Source of the DNA: Nostoc sp. DedSLP01
GTDB taxonomy: Bacteria > Cyanobacteriota > Cyanobacteriia > Cyanobacteriales > Nostocaceae
Length of the DNA stretch: 64,000 bases
NCBI GenBank assembly: GCA_034530875.2
Contig: JAVRCJ020000005.1
Coordinates: forward strand, 128,001-192,000
Direction: 5' to 3'
The notes beneath the pieces were generated by a model. The model was not told the origin of the DNA, did no database searches, and saw only the letters and a program-made list of their open reading frames with translations. The position numbers and the translations under genes were made by a program. This document shows positions 61,417 to 64,000 of the stretch, one piece after another (the first letter of the stretch is position 1; each line of letters opens with the position of its first letter).

Positions 61417-63075
61417 ATGACTGAAGCACAACAACCAGAAAATAAAGGTCAGCAGACACGTACTGTAGCAGAGTTGGTAGAGTATATCCAAGTTCTTACC
61501 ACTGAAATTCAAGAATTGTATTGTTTAGATGCGATACCTTGGGTTGTTGGTTATTCGGGCGGCAAGGACAGCACGGCGACTTTACAGCTTGTTTGGAATG
61601 CAATACTGGGACTGCCACTAGAAAAGCGAACTAAGCCAATTCATGTCATTACAACTGATACAGGTGTAGAAAATCCTTATGTAGCTGCTTGGGTACGCAA
61701 CTCATTAGAGCAAATGAAAATAGCAGCTCAAGACCAAAAGATGCCAGTGGAACCGCATTTATTACAACCAGAGATTAAACAAACATACTGGGTGGGTTTA
61801 ATTGGGAAAGGCTACCCAGCACCACGTCATAAATTCCGTTGGTGTACTGGACGATTAAAAATTGACCCATCTAACCTTTTTATTCGTAATGTTATTAGAG
61901 CTAGCGGCGAAACAATTGTTTTATTAGGAACTCGCAAAACTGAAAGTGTCAATCGTGCTACTATCATGTCAAAACGTGAAGTAGGTAGAGTGCGGGAGCG
62001 TCTTAGCCCTCATCCCAGCCTTGTTAACTCATTGCTTTATACTCCTATAGAAGATTGGCGAACTGATGAAGTTTGGCTGTATTTAATGCAATGGAATAAT
62101 CCTTGGGAATATAGCAATAAAGATTTATTTGCTATGTATCGAGGTGCAACAGCAGATAATGAATGTCCTTTAGTTGTTGATACTTCTACCCCTAGTTGTG
62201 GTAGCTCTCGTTTTGGATGCTGGGTCTGCACACTAGTTAATAGTGATAGGTCTATGCAAGCGATGATTCAAAATGATGAGGAAAAAGAATGGCTACAACC
62301 TTTAATTGATATTCGTTTAGAGGAATTAGATATTGATAACGACCGTGAGAAACGAGACTTCCGCCGCATTTGGGGAGAAGTCCAACTATTTGAGCGTAAC
62401 TTGGATGGAGAAATTTCTATTGAACCAATACCAGGCCCTTACGTTAAATCTTGGCGCGAACATTTATTAAGACGACTTTTAGAAGCGCAAACAAAAATTC
62501 GTCAAACAGCACCAGAAAATATGCGCGATATTAACCTTATCTCTCTGGAAGAATTGAGCGAAATTCGCCGTATTTGGTTAGAAGAAAAACACGAGTTTGA
62601 CGATAGCTTACCCCGCATTTATCAAGAGGTCACAGGTGAAGAATTTAAAGACCCACGTCCAGGTGCAGACCTTAGCTTATTAGGTAGCGATGAATGGGCT
62701 GTGTTAGAAGAAGTCTGTGCAGATGATGAAATGCATTTAGAACTGATGGCGAAACTGTTAGACACAGAACGCCAATTTCGGAAAATGTCGCGTCGTATAG
62801 GAATTTACGAAAGCTTGGAAAAATGCTTTACTACCAGTTCTCGTTCTAAAGATGAAGCAGTGAGAAATGCTCATCTAAAACGAGATTTGAAAACAGCAGT
62901 TGAACAAGGTGATATTGAAAAAGTCAAACAATTAACTTTAGCAGATTTTGTTGCACCAGAGGAACAAACAACTACACCAGATACACAAATTGAGACAACA
63001 AATACTACAAAATCTGCTGACAATGACAAGACTTGGGCAAATGTGAAATTTAAAAATAAACAGGCAAAGCCTTAA
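61417..63075 (+). CDS. dndC: DNA phosphorothioation sulfurtransferase DndC
   Basis: PWVVGYSGGKDS, IGKGYPAP..FRWCT, ECPLVVDTSTPSCGSSRFGCWVCT. Confidence 0.96.
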   Translation: MTEAQQPENKGQQTRTVAELVEYIQVLTTEIQELYCLDAIPWVVGYSGGKDSTATLQLVWNAILGLPLEKRTKPIHVITTDTGVENPYVAAWVRNSLEQMKIAAQDQKMPVEPHLLQPEIKQTYWVGLIGKGYPAPRHKFRWCTGRLKIDPSNLFIRNVIRASGETIVLLGTRKTESVNRATIMSKREVGRVRERLSPHPSLVNSLLYTPIEDWRTDEVWLYLMQWNNPWEYSNKDLFAMYRGATADNECPLVVDTSTPSCGSSRFGCWVCTLVNSDRSMQAMIQNDEEKEWLQPLIDIRLEELDIDNDREKRDFRRIWGEVQLFERNLDGEISIEPIPGPYVKSWREHLLRRLLEAQTKIRQTAPENMRDINLISLEELSEIRRIWLEEKHEFDDSLPRIYQEVTGEEFKDPRPGADLSLLGSDEWAVLEEVCADDEMHLELMAKLLDTERQFRKMSRRIGIYESLEKCFTTSSRSKDEAVRNAHLKRDLKTAVEQGDIEKVKQLTLADFVAPEEQTTTPDTQIETTNTTKSADNDKTWANVKFKNKQAKP

Positions 63076-63317
63076 GCTTGCTCATTATCATCGTCAGCAT
63101 CTCCCAAGTACAGCCTGATAAAATCTTCGGCTGCGGCGGGATTAATTTTCTTGAGTGCGTCACGAATTTCTAACAGCGTATCAGCAACAGGATCTCTAAT
63201 TTCATTCACCCAACGGTGAACATTTGGCCGTCCCGTTCCCATTGCCACTGCTAACTTGTTTTGGCTGATGCTGTATGTTTCTAACACCTGTTTGAGTGCT
63301 TTTCCTGCTTTTCCCAT
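63072..63317 (-). CDS. XRE-family HTH regulator
   Basis: MGKAGKALKQVLETYSISQNKLAVAMGTGRPNVHRWVNEIRDP. Confidence 0.85.
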   Translation of the reverse strand: MGKAGKALKQVLETYSISQNKLAVAMGTGRPNVHRWVNEIRDPVADTLLEIRDALKKINPAAAEDFIRLYLGDADDDNEQA

Positions 63318-63438
63318 GCCTTTGATTGTGTCAAAGGCTTCTGACAGAGTAAATGTTACCCATCGGTAACTAAAGGTGTAAGATAGTGTTGTTGCCAATA
63401 GGTAACAGCGCAGCTTATCAACAAACAGGTAAATTTCA

Positions 63439-63693
63439 ATGAGTACAAGCTTTCTAGCAGACACTTGTCAAACCACCACGCCGCTTGTTTCCATCAAGGA
63501 TTTTACAGAAACAACACCAGATAGAGAGTCTGTAAAAGTAGTAATTTATGGTTCTAAAAGAGGAGTTAACAACACAATCTTGACTTTATACAAACTTGGT
63601 TTCGCCCAAGTTAACGAGTGGAGTCCTTTATTACCTAGTTCTAACCCTGGTGAAGTTATGAGTATTTTAACTAGACACATTCTGACAAACTAA
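63439..63693 (+). CDS. Small hypothetical protein divergent from the XRE gene
   Basis: 84-aa ORF with AGGT RBS; LYKLGFAQVNEWSPLLP. Confidence 0.7.
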   Translation: MSTSFLADTCQTTTPLVSIKDFTETTPDRESVKVVIYGSKRGVNNTILTLYKLGFAQVNEWSPLLPSSNPGEVMSILTRHILTN

Positions 63694-63734
63694 TTAGTGG
63701 TTCATCGCATTAATTTTAAGAAGTGGGAGTGGTC

Positions 63735-63767
63735 AGATCCCTGACTTGTTGAAGAAGTCGGGGATCT
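63735..63767. repeat. REP-like palindromic hairpin
   Basis: AGATCCCTGACTT...AAGTCGGGGATCT. Confidence 0.65.
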
Positions 63768-63806
63768 CGTAGCCCATCTCGACCTATATTTCATCTATAA
63801 CGACCA

Positions 63807-64000
63807 ATGATATTTCTAGAACTCGTATTACAAAATTTTGGCCCTTACTCAGGCAGACAAGTAATCAATCTTGACCCAAGAACTGAAGAAAATCCTCGCC
63901 CAATTCTCTTATTAGGCGGTATGAATGGCGGCGGTAAAACTACTCTCATGGATGCTATTCGTCTTGCCCTATATGGACAACGCGCCCAATGCTCAACGCG
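63807..64000 (+). CDS. dndD: DNA sulfur modification ATPase DndD, 5' part truncated by window edge
   Basis: MIFLELVLQNFGPYSGRQVINL...ILLLGGMNGGGKTTLMDAIRLALYG; downstream of dndC. Confidence 0.88.
   Translation, partial: MIFLELVLQNFGPYSGRQVINLDPRTEENPRPILLLGGMNGGGKTTLMDAIRLALYGQRAQCST

Overview
AT-rich chromosomal segment of a heterocyst-forming cyanobacterium (Nostocales-like, judged from frequent HIP1 GCGATCGC sites, heptameric STRR arrays and gene content). Left to right: dgkA-ybeY-DUF3285-prfB (with its +1 frameshift), preceded by a divergent full-length RF2 paralogue that keeps the CTT-TGA-C frameshift cassette but has lost GGQ and SPF and carries an in-frame UGA. Next come YccA, a SigJ/SigF-type sigma factor, an amber-interrupted pilin G/H gene, chlD, CBS-CP12, lptA-lptB-lptF/G, TMEM175 and a redox/transport cluster with a LysR regulator. 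A cNMP/pseudo-AAA+/membrane 4Fe-4S protein is followed by four tandem giant hybrid histidine kinases, one with an ETR1-like ethylene-binding domain and one with a ~134-aa repeat-derived insert. Then an orphan 11-repeat CRISPR array, a KaiB-domain gene, pilT, an IS200/IS605 remnant, argF and lexA. The window ends in a DNA-phosphorothioation island: SF2 helicase, 57-aa ORF, CxC ABC ATPase, PD-(D/E)XK protein, disarmed MNT-HEPN pair, Dnd-associated protein 4, SBD-HNH nuclease, DGQHR protein, dndC, an XRE pair and the start of dndD. The strongest candidates for undescribed biology are the GGQ-less, frameshift-retaining RF2 paralogue and the SBD-HNH/CxC-ATPase module inside the dnd locus. All family calls come from motifs recognised by eye; no searches were run.
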